Shown here: positions 18,220-32,000 of the stretch, in pieces
Numbering within the stretch: position 1 is the first letter of the stretch
Layout: each line of letters starts with the position of its first letter
DNA from: Oculina patagonica
Taxonomy: Eukaryota
DNA: 64,000 nt
Assembly (NCBI RefSeq): GCF_052425735.1
Contig: NC_135761.1
Coordinates: forward strand, 620,001-684,000
Reading direction: 5' to 3'
The notes under the pieces: model-generated
Databases searched by the model: none
Seen by the model: only the letters and a program-made list of their open reading frames with translations
Told to the model about the DNA's origin: nothing
Made by a program: the position numbers and the translations under genes

Positions 18220-19948
18220 AGGATGGTCGAAATTATGAGGTTGTTTTTCCGTTTGAAACGAGTTTAACGGACACTGCAATGTAGTTAACTTTAACTGGGA
18301 ATAAAAGAGATCATTCACAAACTTAATTTCGTATATTTGTTGTTTTCCTCTTCAAATTAGAAGAAATCAAGTCTATTTCTCCTCTTATTTATCGCTGAGC
18401 ATTTTTGCTTTAAAGTATGCGACATAATTTTATATCCCTGAAATACGCATTGGTAATATAGATCCAATAAGCCTTCTTTCTCCACAACCTCATGGCTCCT
18501 GGCTGGGTAGGCTGTTTTCTTCGTTAGTTAGTAGCACATATAGTTTTACTGTTTCATTTACTCTGCATTCACCTTAAAAATACCAATATTACACGAGAAC
18601 CACACGGGATTACATTTGCTATATGTACAATATACAGAATATACTACAGCCGTCTTTTTCTCATGTACGCTATTTCTCATGATATTCGTTCTAGTTAAGC
18701 CTTATACTCAGTGAATTGCGTTTTAGCCACTTGTATCCCCAGCTCTAAAGGCTAGTTACTTGTTTAAACAGTTTTCAGGCAATATTTGCTCTCAAACAGC
18801 AGGCACTGACCCGTTAATTGAAAATTTCATTACAGCTTATAGCCTGACCCGACATTAAGATAAACAGCAATAAAAGTCATAAAAATGTCCAAGGTTGAAT
18901 ATTGAAAAATAATGCTGTTGAGTTCATAAGGTAAAACGTAATGAAATAGGAATAATTAGAAATTATTCCTTAAGAACTTGTTCAAGAAGAAAGATGAAGC
19001 AGCTATAATTCTGTAAGTATTCACACAGATCTTTTGTCCCACCCATATAAAGACGAAACAACATTCACTTTCATTTGGTCCTGTGTGCCTTTTAAATTCC
19101 TTAGCGATAGTAAAAAAAAAGGGCAAACTTGTGTAAATCTTGAATAAAGCACTGCAAAATCTTTAGATTAAGTATATAGATGAACTATTCTTTCTAGACT
19201 AAGCTTCTCAGGGAAATTCCTTCATCAGTCAAATAAAATGCTGCTGCAGGAGATTCAGGCCGAAATCACTTCGATTAAGGAAGCTTCGATTTTATCTCTT
19301 TGTGAATTGATTTGCCATTTACCGCTTGAAGTGCTAATAAAACCTCTGCTATTTTATTGATGTATAATATTTACTATATACTCTTAGTACATCACTAAAT
19401 TGAAAATCACCTCAATGCAGCCAACTCGTCTAGGTACCAAATCTGAACACAACTTCGCCAGCAAATTTGCAATTTAAAAATCCTTACCAAAAATAAAACG
19501 AGTACGATAACCTGTGCAGTATTGTTGCTAAAAGAAATAAGAAAAGGNNNNNNNNNNNNNNNNNNNNNNNNNNNNNNNNNNNNNNNNNNNNNNNNNNNNN
19601 NNNNNNNNNNNNNNNNNNNNNNNNNNNNNNNNNNNNNNNNNNNNNNNNNNNNNNNNNNNNNNNNNNNNNNNNNNNNNNNNNNNNNNGAATTATTTAGTGT
19701 ATTAAGCAGTAAGGTAGGGCGAGGAGACCTCCAGGAAACCACCAGGCGAAAAATTAAAGGAGAGTTTATTCACCTTCCAGGTGCAACTAAACTTTAATTT
19801 AAACTAGAACTTTGATGTCTGAAGCAATGGACAAAATTAAACAACAAACTGCAAAATCTATAAGAGTGCACTTCGAAAACTACTAAAAACAAATAAAATA
19901 CGATTTAATATTTTCTATTCAATTTAGATTCTTGGGATGAGCAAAGTT

Positions 19949-20040
19949 CAGCTGTCAGGTGTTAAATGTCGTTCCAAACAAAATTTAAAAAACAGGTTAA
20001 CTGTAGAACAGTGGGAGTGTACACAACGAGTTATAAAAGA
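19949..20040 (+). promoter_or_regulatory. MMP-A proximal promoter: CAGCTGTCAGGTG motif and TATAAAA
   Basis: Motif at 19949-19961 and TATAAAA at 20032-20038. The motif recurs upstream of MMP-B (39914), MMP-C (47516) and MMP-D (53547). Confidence 0.6.
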
Positions 20041-20099
20041 AGTGGGATTCAAGAATTCTTCACACAAATCCAATCTAGTAATCTTGTTGGTTTGCTAAC

Positions 20100-23000
20100 A
20101 TGAAGATGCTGTGTTCTATGCTGTTGGTTGTTCTCGCTTCACAAGCGTTCGTCTTTGCTTTCGACGATAATGAGACCATGGCATGGGTGAGTGGTTTTCT
20201 CCTTTTAACGCCAATACTTTTTCAACTTGTATTAATTGTGAAGCGCATTGAGCTTTGTAAATGCACTATATAAGAACCTTCATTCATTTATATTACATAA
20301 GCCTAGCTTTAAAGGGACTGTGTTACCATGATTTAGTGTCACTTGAAAATCCAATGAAGGTGTTAGTATTAATTAATGGGAAATCCACTAAAAGTGACCT
20401 GGCTTTTCTAAAATGTACTGTACTAGTCATGAAAATTGTTAAGAAGTGGTGTGGCTACGGATGGGTAGGAAGAAAGGGACCTAAAACTTGAAAAGTTCGT
20501 GGCCGATGTTTTTAAGTTTGACAGTGTCTCTTGGAAAGAAATAACATAAAAACCATCGGTTACAGTTTATTCACATCTTGGGGAATGAATTCATGCCTTT
20601 CTTTTATTTTTTTAAGGTTATTTTGTGAGTGCACCCCCACAGTTCTAGCATAGTTTACATAAAAAGCTTAGACGACTTCTCGTGATACAGTCCCTTTCAC
20701 TCGAATACCTTAGGATCTACAAATTTCCAAAAACAGCTTGCATAGCCTGCGAATACAGCCGCCTCTCACGCTTCGATCCGCTGCGTTCGGAGAGGAGCGT
20801 GAGAGACGGCTGTATTCGCAGGCTACAGCTTGTCCGACATAACCTTGAAAGGAACATGGATCGAATCTAACTGTAGAACCATTTTCCTTTGGTAGAAATT
20901 TCTGACCAAATACCGCTACATATCTCCTACACGTTCGGGAAATCAAAACATGGAAACAGCCATCAAAAAATTCCAAGAATTCACTGGTCTGCCTTTGACC
21001 GGCAAATTAGACCAGGCCACCATCGCACAAATGAAGGCACCGCGATGTGGAAATCCAGATAATGTATCAAGCCGTGTCAAGAGGTTTAACACTGCTACCC
21101 CATGGAATAATAATCGCTTGACATACTTTGTGCAATATGGGGCAGATTTGCCACGATCCACTCAAGATAGAGTGTTCGCCAGGGCTCTGCAGTACTGGTC
21201 CGATGTATCGGGACTGTCTTTCTCTAGAGCTGCCAGCATAAGAACTGCTGATCTTAAGATCCGGTGAGTAACGACACATTTTTTCAGGGTGGTTTGAGTT
21301 ACTTTCTATGTGCATTGCAGCAGTTAAGGGGGGCCGTGTCACCGTGATTTAGTGCTACTTAAAAATCCAGTGAAGGTGTTGGTATTAATTGGAACTCGAC
21401 TAATTGTGGCCTGGCCTTACTAAAACGTACTGTACTAGTCAAAAAAATTGTTAAAAAGTGATGTGGCTATGGATGGATAGGAAGAAAGTGGCCTACAGTT
21501 TGAAGAAGTCGGGACGAAGTTTTCAAGTTTGACAGTGATTTTTGGAAGAAAATCACATAAAAACTATTGAATACGGTTTATTTACATCTTGGAGAATGGA
21601 TTTATGCCTTTCTTATGTTTTTAGAAGGTTAATTTTGTTGATCAGTCATCATACCCTGACAGTTCTAGCATAGTTTACACACAAAAAAACTTAGCTAAAC
21701 TTAGTCTTCTCGTGACGCTGTCCCTTTATCGTTCAAGAACGACAGGACACTTATCAAACAACTTTGTTATTATAAAAAAGGTACTGAGTTAGAGGTGTTG
21801 CTTTTTACGTCCAAGTAGGACTCCTGCAATGCTAGGCTTCGCACCTCACTATAAGAGATCAGTTTATAGGGCCTTACTCTCGAGAGAAAAACTTGCGATC
21901 AGCTTTGTAAGTGATCATACGAATGTGGATCATTTTCAGTTTGTGCAGCAATGCTTCGATTAAAATTCGTTGCCAATTTGCATTAAGTATGGTCCTGCAG
22001 TAGATTTCTTTAAGAAGAGCCTAAAGAAGTATCTTTTTTAAAAATCTTTTTCTTTTTCAAAAATCTGGAATGGTGTCAGTGATGACATTAAGCTTCTGTC
22101 ACTTAAACAATTTAAGAAAAAGTACAAATCAAGCATTATTGCAAGTTATTAACGGAACATTTTATTAACTCTAGTTTTCAATTCCTCTCTTCTGTTAGTT
22201 AATCTGTCCATATACTTTATTTCCCATCTTTTTTTTCCACTAAATTTTTTAAGCCTACTTAGATTATTTTTGTGTGTTTGTGTGTGTGTAGTTGTTATCT
22301 TAATCTTTAGTACACCTGACCCTTTTATAAATTGTTGTAATAAACACTGAGTATCGCTGCCCAATCTTGTTAGCCAATGGTGGTTATTTTGGGCAGCCAT
22401 GCACTTTACTTTATTTTATTTTTATTCTTATATGTATTGCAAATTTAATTGAATTAATGGGTGCGAATAAGTTGTTGTTGTTGTTTAAGGAAGCTTTCTA
22501 TTGACCATTTATTTTAGTAAGTGTAGAAAGTATTATTTAAAATGATAATAATTAGTTTTTAAAAAATAGTTTGATAGGTTTTAGAGGGGCCTAGAAGGGT
22601 AAAATCAAAACTGGAGTTTGGGCAAATTTTCGTTGGGAAAATGGGATTTTGGACACTGAGACCGGAAATCACAACCAAAACAATGGGACTGGGATTTGGG
22701 CAAAATTTGACCAAGATGCAGAAAAAAATAGTTACTTTAAAATTCAGAACATTTTAATGCTCTTTAACTCTTGTCTTTCTTTGCGCAGCTTTGGAAGGAG
22801 AAGGCACAGGTGCGAGGGGCGTTTCGACGGACCGAGCGGGGAACTAGCACACGCCTTCTTCCCCGAAGATGGCCGCATACACTTTGATGAAGCTGAAACA
22901 TTCACCGACGGAACACCCCGGGGCATAAACCTTCTGTGGGTTGCTACTCACGAATTCGGTCATGCTTTGGGAATCGACCATTCTGATGTCAGAAATGCTG

Positions 23001-26000
23001 TCATGTACCCATACTACGAAGGATATAGGGCAGACTTCGATCTCCATCAGGACGATATTGATGCGATTCAGTCTTTGTACGGTAAGTCATAATAATAAAC
23101 ATAACAGCCTCGTCCGCAGGCAGGCCTCGTCCTGTGATTGTGCACGGTTCGCTTGGCGTTGTGGGACTGACGTGCACGGTTGGCTGATGGCGTTCTGGGC
23201 CTGATGCGGAGGCGCCTTTTCTCCCTAACTCCTCAACCCCCGCGCTCCCTGTTTCTCCCATCCCCAATCCTCTCCCAACGTCCGAAGCCAAGATCGGCGC
23301 CCGTCAAGGGGACGAATGTGCCCAGATAACACGTGCTTTGAAGGCATAACAAGTCAACAGTGACAACAATGGAGTGACAGGCCTGCACAACTCCCATCCA
23401 CGTGTAATAGCCAGTTAAAGCTTTGCTCTTACGAGTATATCCTTTTAGGGATCTGCCCCTTTTGTACGAGACAATAGGGGGATCTTTGAATATTCATCTA
23501 AGCAATGGTTGTTGTTGAATTAAATGCCAATGCTGCATAAGTATTTGCTTCAAGTTAGGCACTGATGGGTGATGTTGTGTAGGAAGATTCGCGTGTCTGG
23601 GTTACGTTTCTGTTGTAGGGCAGGTTTTCTCTCCTCAAATATAAATTCTTCGAGGGTTGTAGTAGCCACGTGTAATAGCTGGCCATTGCACGTGGATGGG
23701 AGTTGTGCAGGCCTGTCACTCCATTGTTATTGCGGCCAACCCAAAGTCCCGAAATTATTGTCAGTGTAATACTATCAGTAAAACCTTTATTTGGCGGCGG
23801 GCACCTCTGTTACCACCTTTCGGCCATCTCAATGAGGATTTTGTCTATTCGTAGTCATTGGCCTAATCTCGTACCCAGATGTCTACTTACCACGGTAGCA
23901 CTACGAGGGTTGAGAAGATCTGGGTACGAGATTAAGTTTGGCCTTGTTTTTCATTTTCCAATGACAGATGAGAGTCCGAAATAGCAAGTGGGACGAGGTT
24001 GGACTATTGAAAACATTCAAACACACGCCTAATTGTCTTGACATGATTCCTTAAAGCTAAGTGATGATGTTTTAATTTCCTGGCAATAAAGTGATGTTTG
24101 TACCACATCTTGTGCTTATTTCTGATGAACCGGCCCTATTAAGCGGTCACTTACCATTTCCCCAATTCGATTGTATTTGATCATTAGTAAAGTCGATCAT
24201 TCAATGGCAACAAGGTTAAATAAAATTGCCTTGTGAAAAAAATTAATTAAAAGCCCTTCTATCCTTTTGGCATGATATTGAAACTCTCGATAAAAGCGTA
24301 GGCTCGATTTCCACCGCTCTCACAGGACGAAAACGCACGTTTCCGTATTTCTGAAACATGACGGAAACATAGAACTCTATGTTTCCGTCACGTTTACGTG
24401 CTGCGGAAACGTGAAAATCCAAGTCTCTCTGATAATATCACGTTTCCGTCATGTTTCCGCAACGGAAATGCGAGTTTACGTTTCCGTCACATTTCCATTA
24501 GCGGATAGCCGCTGTTGTTTGTTTCCGTCACATTTACGCTAGCGGATTTCTGCTGTTGTTTGTTTCCGTCAAATTTACGTTAGCGGATTTCTGCCGTTTG
24601 TTTCCGTCACATTTACGTTAGCGGATTTCTGCTGTTGTCTGTTTCCGTCAAATTTACGTTAGCGGATTTCTGCTGTTTGTTTTTGTTATTTTTCTGAAGA
24701 CGGATCTCCAATTTGTTTCTATCAACCTTAACTTTTTGAGTAAATTAAAGCATATTTGTGACACAAGTTTAGTAAGAGAAATGAAATCTCAATCATGACA
24801 TGTTATCATCGCGTAAAAGGAACGTAACAGGGCTTTCTCAGTGCGTTTTGTTGTGATGATTGATAAGCATATCCCATTAATAGCTATTTATCACAATACA
24901 GTGCAGCCTGCTAGAACATCACTGCAAACATGCAAATTGTAATCAAGTTTTTTTTATTAATCCATCATTTGAGCTGGTTGGGTCATTTGATGCAGTTATT
25001 ATTTGAGTCAATTGGGTTATTTGCACTGGTTTGATCACTTTAGCCAATTGTGTCATTTGAGCCGGTTGGGTCATTTGAGACAGTTTGGTCATTTGAGTCA
25101 GATGGGTTGTTTGCACTGGTTGGAGTGGTTGACCCAGTTGAGTCACTTGAACCAATTGTGTCATTTAAGCCGGTTGGGTCATTTGTGACGTTTTGGTCAT
25201 TTGGGTTCGATGGGTTGTTTGTACCGGTTTGATCACTTGAAGCAGTTGTGTTATTTGGGCCGGTTGGGTCATTTAAAACAGTTTGGTCATTTGTGACGGT
25301 TTGGTCATTTGAGTCTGATAGGTTGTTTGTACCGGTTTGATCACTTGAAGCAGTTGTGTCATTTGAGCCAATTGTGTCATTTGAGCCGGTTGGTTGATTT
25401 GAGCTGGTTGGGTCATTTAAAACGGTTTGATCACTTGAGCCCAATGGGTCAATTGATGCAGTTGGATCACTTGACCCAACAGTATCATTTGAGTCGGTTG
25501 GGCTATTTGAGACAGTTTGGTCATTTGAGTCAGATGGGTTGTTTGCACCGGTTTGATCAATTGAGCCAGTAGGGTCAAGTGACACAGTTGGGTGACTCGA
25601 GCCAATTGTGTCATTGAGCCGGTTGGGCCATTTGAGACAGTTTGGTCATTTGAGTCAGATGGGTTGTTTGCACCGGTTTGATCAATTGAGCCAGTAGGGT
25701 CAAGTGACGCAGTTGGGTCACTCGAGCCAATTGTGTCATTGAGCCGGTTGGGCCATTTGAGATGGTTTCTTCATTTGAGTCAGATGGGTTGTTTGCACTG
25801 GTTTGATCAATTGAGCCAGTAGGGCCAAGTGATGCAGTTGGGTTACTCGAGCCAATTGTGTCATTGAGTGGATTAGGCCATTTGAGACAGTTTGGTCATT
25901 TGAGTCAGATGGGTTGTTCGCACCGGTTTGAACCTGAGCCAGTTGGGTCAAGTCATGTAGTTGGGTCATTTGAGCCAGTTGTCCTATTTGAGCTGGTTGG

Positions 26001-29000
26001 GTCATTTGAGTTGGTTGAGTCATTTGAGATGGTTTGTCATTTGAGTCAGATGGGTTGTTCGCACCGGTTTGAACCCGAGCCAGTTGGGTCAAGTCATGTA
26101 GTTGGGTCACATGAGCCAATTGTGTCATTGGAGCCAGTTGGGTCATTTGAGTTGGTTGAGTCATTTGAGATGGTTTGGTCATTTGAGTCCGATGGGTTGT
26201 TTGCACCAGTTTGATCACTTTAGCAAGATGGGTCAATTGATGCAATTGGATCACTTGTCCCAATAGTATCATTTGAGTCGGTTGGGCTATTTGAGACAGT
26301 TTGGTCATTTGAGTCAGATGGGTTGTTTGTACCGGTTTGATCAATTGAGCCAGTAGGGTCAAGTGACACAGTTGGGTCACTCGAGCCAATTGTGTCATTG
26401 AGCCGGTTGGGCCATTTGAGATGGTTTCTTCATTTGAGTCAGATGGGTTGTTTGCACCGGTTTGATCACTTGAGCCCGATGGGTCAATTGATGCAGTTGG
26501 ATCACTTGACCCAAAAGTATCTTTTAAGTCGGTTGGGCCATTTGAGACAGTTTGGTCATTTCAGTCCGACGGGTTGTTTGCACCGGTTTGATCAATTGAG
26601 CCAGTAGGGCCAAGTGACGCAGTTGGGTTTCTTGAGCCAATTGTGTCATTGAGCCGGTTGGGCCATTTGAGATGGTTTCTTCATTTGAGTCAGATGGGTT
26701 GTTTGCACCGGGTTGATCACTTGAGCCCAATGGGTCAATTGATGCAGTTGGATCACTTGAGCCAATTGTGTCATTGAGCTGGTTGGGCCATTTAATACAG
26801 GGGGTTTGGTCATTTGAGTCAGATGCATTGTTTGCACCGGTTTGATCAATTGAGCCAGTAGGGTCAAGTGACGCAGTTGGGCCACACGAGCCAATTGTGT
26901 CATTGAGCTGGTTAGGCCATTTGAGACAGTTTGGTCATTTGAGTCAGATGGGTTGTTCGCACCGGTTTGAACCCGAGCCAGTTCGGTCAAGTCATGTAGT
27001 TGGGTCACATGAGCCAATTGTGTCATTTGAGCTGGTCGGGTCATTTGACGCGGTTCAGTTATTTGACTCAGATAAGTTGTTTGCACCAGTTTGATCAAAT
27101 GAGCAGTTGGATCATTTGAGTAGTTTGAGTCATTTGAGCCAGTTAGGACATTAGTTGGAACAGGGTCATTTGACCTGGTTGGGTCATTTGATGCATGTCA
27201 GTCATTTGAGCCAGTTACCGCAAATAATTGAGTTGGTTGGAGCATTAGCCTGCGAATACAGCCGCCTCTCATTCACGTGCCGCAACAAACGAAACGGAAA
27301 GAGCTCTTCGTTGCGGGACGTGAATGAGAGGCGGCTGTATTTGCAGGCTATTGGAGCATTTGAACTATTTTGGTCGATTGAGGTGGTTTGGTCATTTGAG
27401 CAGGTTAACTTGAGGGGGCTGTTTCAATTGAGTCTGTTGGGTGTTTGTTTTAAGCAGTTTGGTTTGTTCAAAGAGGTTAGGTTGTTTAGTTGGTTGTTTA
27501 AGCCAATTTGTCTTGGTCATTTGAGCTAGATGGATTTTTAAAGCAGTTGAGTCATCTAAGGTAACTGTCTTATTTGTAGAAAAGGAGTATCTATGTAACA
27601 TTCAGGATAGTGTCATTTGGGGAGTACAGTGTAACCTCGGTTTAAGTAAGGGCAAAGTAAGGTTTCGTTAAATCAGGGTTCTTCTCAATATATTTCACTA
27701 TTATTGGGACAAAACCATAGTTCTTTAAATCGATGACTTTATATACGGGTTCTTTAAATCGAGGTTCTACTGTAGCATCTTCTTATAAATACTAATGACA
27801 GATGTCTCAAATAGAGTTGCACTTCATACCAATGTAATTTCAATCCAAATAAATGTACATGAGTCCTGTAACATTATAAGACCAAAGTCTACATAAATGC
27901 TTATGTACATTGCAGCCTCAAAGTGTGACCACATTCACATAGTTCAGGATACACAGCATATTTTTCCAGTTTAAAAGCAAAGATAAAATGTGAATTAACC
28001 GATTGCGGACACTTTTTGTGGCTCCTTGCTTTAACTAATGTAGCTATTAAGTGGCACGTTCCTGTAAGCAAATATAAAATGTCAACTTTCTCTGTCAGGA
28101 TGTACTGTATTCTTTCACTAGATGTATCTCCTTACAGTCACTATACAGCTGTAAATAGTAATTAAAGCAAGGTTCTCCTGATCTTGGTTATCAAAGCCGC
28201 TGTAGTTCCTCTGTTCTCCAAAACTACCCGGAAAGATCTTGTAGCAATGAGAGCAACCTCTCTTTGCACTATGGCCAAGGAATCCGCAAAGTTTCCGTGC
28301 TGCTGGAATATCAGATGCAAAACACAACACAGCTGCATGAATTTCCACTGCAGTAGATGGGCTTCGATAAGTGTTCACCTTGACTCCTTTCCAGAGAGCA
28401 TTCAATTCATCGACAGCTGGCTCAAGAAAATGATTTAGGGATTTATGTCACTTACATAGTTCTTGTATTGTCAGACTAGGACAAAATAAACAAGCCATAT
28501 CAAAATGATCCATGTGTGCTGCTGACGTGTTCGTGGTGGTAAAGGTTGCAGCAGTTTTACATCTTCAGAGTGAAGCAATTCCTCAACATCACTTAAGTCC
28601 GAGTCGACATAATCTGTACCACCATCTTCATGGTGGCTACTATCCTCATCAGAAAGGCTGTCAGACTCTTCTTGCTCCTGAAAGAAAAGAAGTGTACTTG
28701 TTATTATTTTACTGAAGATACATTTAGAGGAAACTCATTCAGAGGATTCTCAAGCAACCTCCTGCAGCAGTATAAGAAATAGTGAATAAAAGAAATAGTG
28801 CAGTGTGCTGCATTTTAAAGGGCCTTAGTTTAAATTTATTACAGAACCTTTTAGTAAAGCACTAAATCCTTACAAACTGGATGGTATAGTTAGCCATTAA
28901 TTCTGAACTTGTCTAAAAAAGATCCTAGTCACACCCAGTTTTTTTTAAAACAAAAATTTAGAATCTGAGAGACTGGGAGACGTCTCATGTTAAAAACAAT

Positions 29001-32000
29001 TTGGGGCAACAGTACACGATGGGTAACTGTTATAATCATACAATGTAACTTTATGACCCATGAGGATTTTTAGATTTCCCCCACCCTAGTAAATTAGATT
29101 GGGGTATTATTACAACTTAAAAATATAAAAGGGGTACGTAAGAGACTCATATCTTACAATTTAAATTGTTCAAGCTGAACAGGAATTACCGTGCTACTTG
29201 TAAAACTGTGAACACTTACATGTAAGAGCCAATGCTACCAACAGTCAGACATAAGACAGCAAGAGTCACTCATATTCTTACCACAGATGGGCCTTAAATA
29301 TGAAACAAACCACTGTATACTATGTTTGGCTGAATATCAATTTGTTTTGAATCAAGAAAATTGATTACTGCAAAAATTGAAATTTCCTCCGAGTTTGCTA
29401 TAAGTAGCACAGGGACATTATGAAACAATCAAAAAAAATTTCTGCCAAGACCTATGCCCAGCACTACATGTATGTAAACACATGTTCTTTGTGACCGTTA
29501 TTTTCTCTACAGCTAAGGACTCCCTGTGTACCAGAATGCATTGTGTGCTTTGACTTGAGTTTGGTATGATATGAAACCTTTGTTTTGAAGTGTTTTGCCG
29601 TAGCCTGTTCCAATCTCCGTTAATCTGAGTAATCAAGCCAAATGACCTCAGAAGCAACATTTTTTACCTGTTTCTACTGTTAAATACTATTTAAGACGGC
29701 CAAATGCCCCAAATCTTTTTTATTTTCAAGGGCTTTTCTTCAGCGACAGAATCAAACAAAAACAAACGCTCCAATGCATAACCGTTTACAATGTACCTAT
29801 ATAACAAAGTCTTTAGTATAATGAACGATATTCTTCAGCCCGGCCAAAGTTACAGTAAAGTTTATGGAACAGTACTTCAAGATAACAAACCTCGATATAA
29901 CGAATCAAATCCATCCTAAAAAACCAAACCAATCTAAATATTTTGAAAATTCAAAAATCCTTATCAAAAATGCCCTCTTTATAATAATTTCCTCCAAAAA
30001 TAAACCCACCAAAAAGTCACTTGAACAAGTTAATTTACACACTTGGCCACAACTTGTTTAAAATCACAAATAATTTCCAGGGATGTCGCTAAGGGCCGGC
30101 TGGCAGCTAATTTCACCGGCTGAAAGAGAACTTAAATCCGGCTGAAATTTCAATGAAAACACAGACTAAGGTAAACTTTTAGATCTGCCAAGGCCAGAAA
30201 AGCCAGCTGGGTTTGTTGAAGAGCTGGCTTAGTGTTTTCTTAGCTACAACTCTGAATTTCTAATTTCACATGACAGTTGAAAAAGACATCTCCGATTCCT
30301 TAAAGATCCTAATTTAATGATAACTATATTTTATTCGGGGGACAAAGGTCATCCGTTCAGAACTGCACATCCGTGCGAGCGGCTTGAGTAAGCCGTTTAG
30401 GAAAAGTAAATGCGATCTGTTGGTCTCGTTGACGCGTGCCAAAAGATCAAAAATTTATCTCACAAAAAAAGTTTATAAATGTTCACGGCGCATCATATAA
30501 TCTTTCATAACACATAACTTCTGGGTATAATGCGTTCGAATATATTGTAAGCCATTTCGCCATTCATCGCTATGCATTCGGAATAAATTGTAAGCCGTTC
30601 CGCTGTTCATCGCTCTGCGTTCACAAATTTTCGTAAGCGGTTCAGTTGTTCATGACCATGCATTCAGAATAAATTATAAGCTGTTCAGCCGGGCAGTTTC
30701 ACACGTTCCACACGGCTTTATGAGCCATGCGTTACCCGTTCCATAGCCGAACATTTTACCCGTTCAACAGAAAGCCGATAGTGTACGTTTTCACGTGAGA
30801 CGTCACAAATAATTTTTTAATTTTTTTTAATTTTTTTTTTTTAGTTTTTAATTTTTTTAAATTTTTTTTTTCTTTTTTTTCAATTATTGTATTTGTTTAC
30901 TTATACGTTATTTGTGTGTATTTTTTCTATTGAAATGAATAAAAAAAAAAAAAAACACAGAGGGGGCTTACCTGAATCACTCCCAGAAAGATCCTGTGCA
31001 TGTAAACATGTAGCTGGCACCAATGATAGGTCCAAGTTCCCATCTACATTAAAATACACATTGGTGATTATCATAGGATTTACTGTACATATAATGTAGA
31101 TTATACCCAGCATATCACATCGAACAAAACCAAACAAATTTTTCATCAAACTCAATCGAACAAATTTGGAAGGCATCGAACGATTAAATTCAATGTTGTT
31201 CGGTCATCGAACGAAATCGGACAACTATTCTTTTATGAGTTTGATTTCCAAACCAAATCGAATGAAATCGAAATTAAGCGTTCAATTTAATTCGATTAAT
31301 GTAAATTGAACTTGTAGCTTAAATTTAAAATAAAGAAATTGGAACCTAATGAGCGAGTAAAAAGTTATTGATTATTCCTTACATGGTTTTGGAATAAGTG
31401 ATGGGACACGGTATCGTATAATCACAGCTCTAAAAATTAGTATGGAAATAAAGGAAACATAAATTTAGATGGCTGGATCGACTGATGCATTTATAATCCC
31501 CATTGATAATCAAATGACGGAAAACTGAACATTCGATTTTGCTTGATTCAGATTATATTGTGATACGTCATAAGCCACTCGCTTAGGTATCGTTCGACGA
31601 CAGAACTAAGTTGAACCTCATCGAACTTTATCGAACGTTCGATTTGGTTTGATTTGCATTTATTTTTTGTAAGTTCGATTTCGTTCGATGACCGAACAAC
31701 ATCAAATTTAATCGTTCGATTTACGTTCGATTGAGTTTGAAAACCAAACATTTGATGTGATACGCCAGGATTATAAAGCCTGTCTTCACATAATTAACTG
31801 TGGGTTGAAAAATTAATGTTACCAAATTAAATGTTTTTCCTGGTCAGAAATAATTTGTCTCTTGACCAGTCATTTGTTTGAGCCCTGGATAATCAAGAAC
31901 CTTGAGCACTGGTTGTAAATAAACAGCAAACGTGTGAAGTCCAAAGGGATGGGCAGTTAAATACTGTTGTTTCAAACTTTCTTGTCAACCTAAAAATATG

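Noticed and set aside
19407-19797. ORFs spanning N runs (also 41442-41898 and 55804-56398)
   Set aside because: Artefacts of assembly gaps translated as X.
24943-27098. Multiple MTQLA and HLSQ-type ORFs as real genes
   Set aside because: Alternative frames of the 18-bp minisatellite; no single continuous frame or clear start and splice context.
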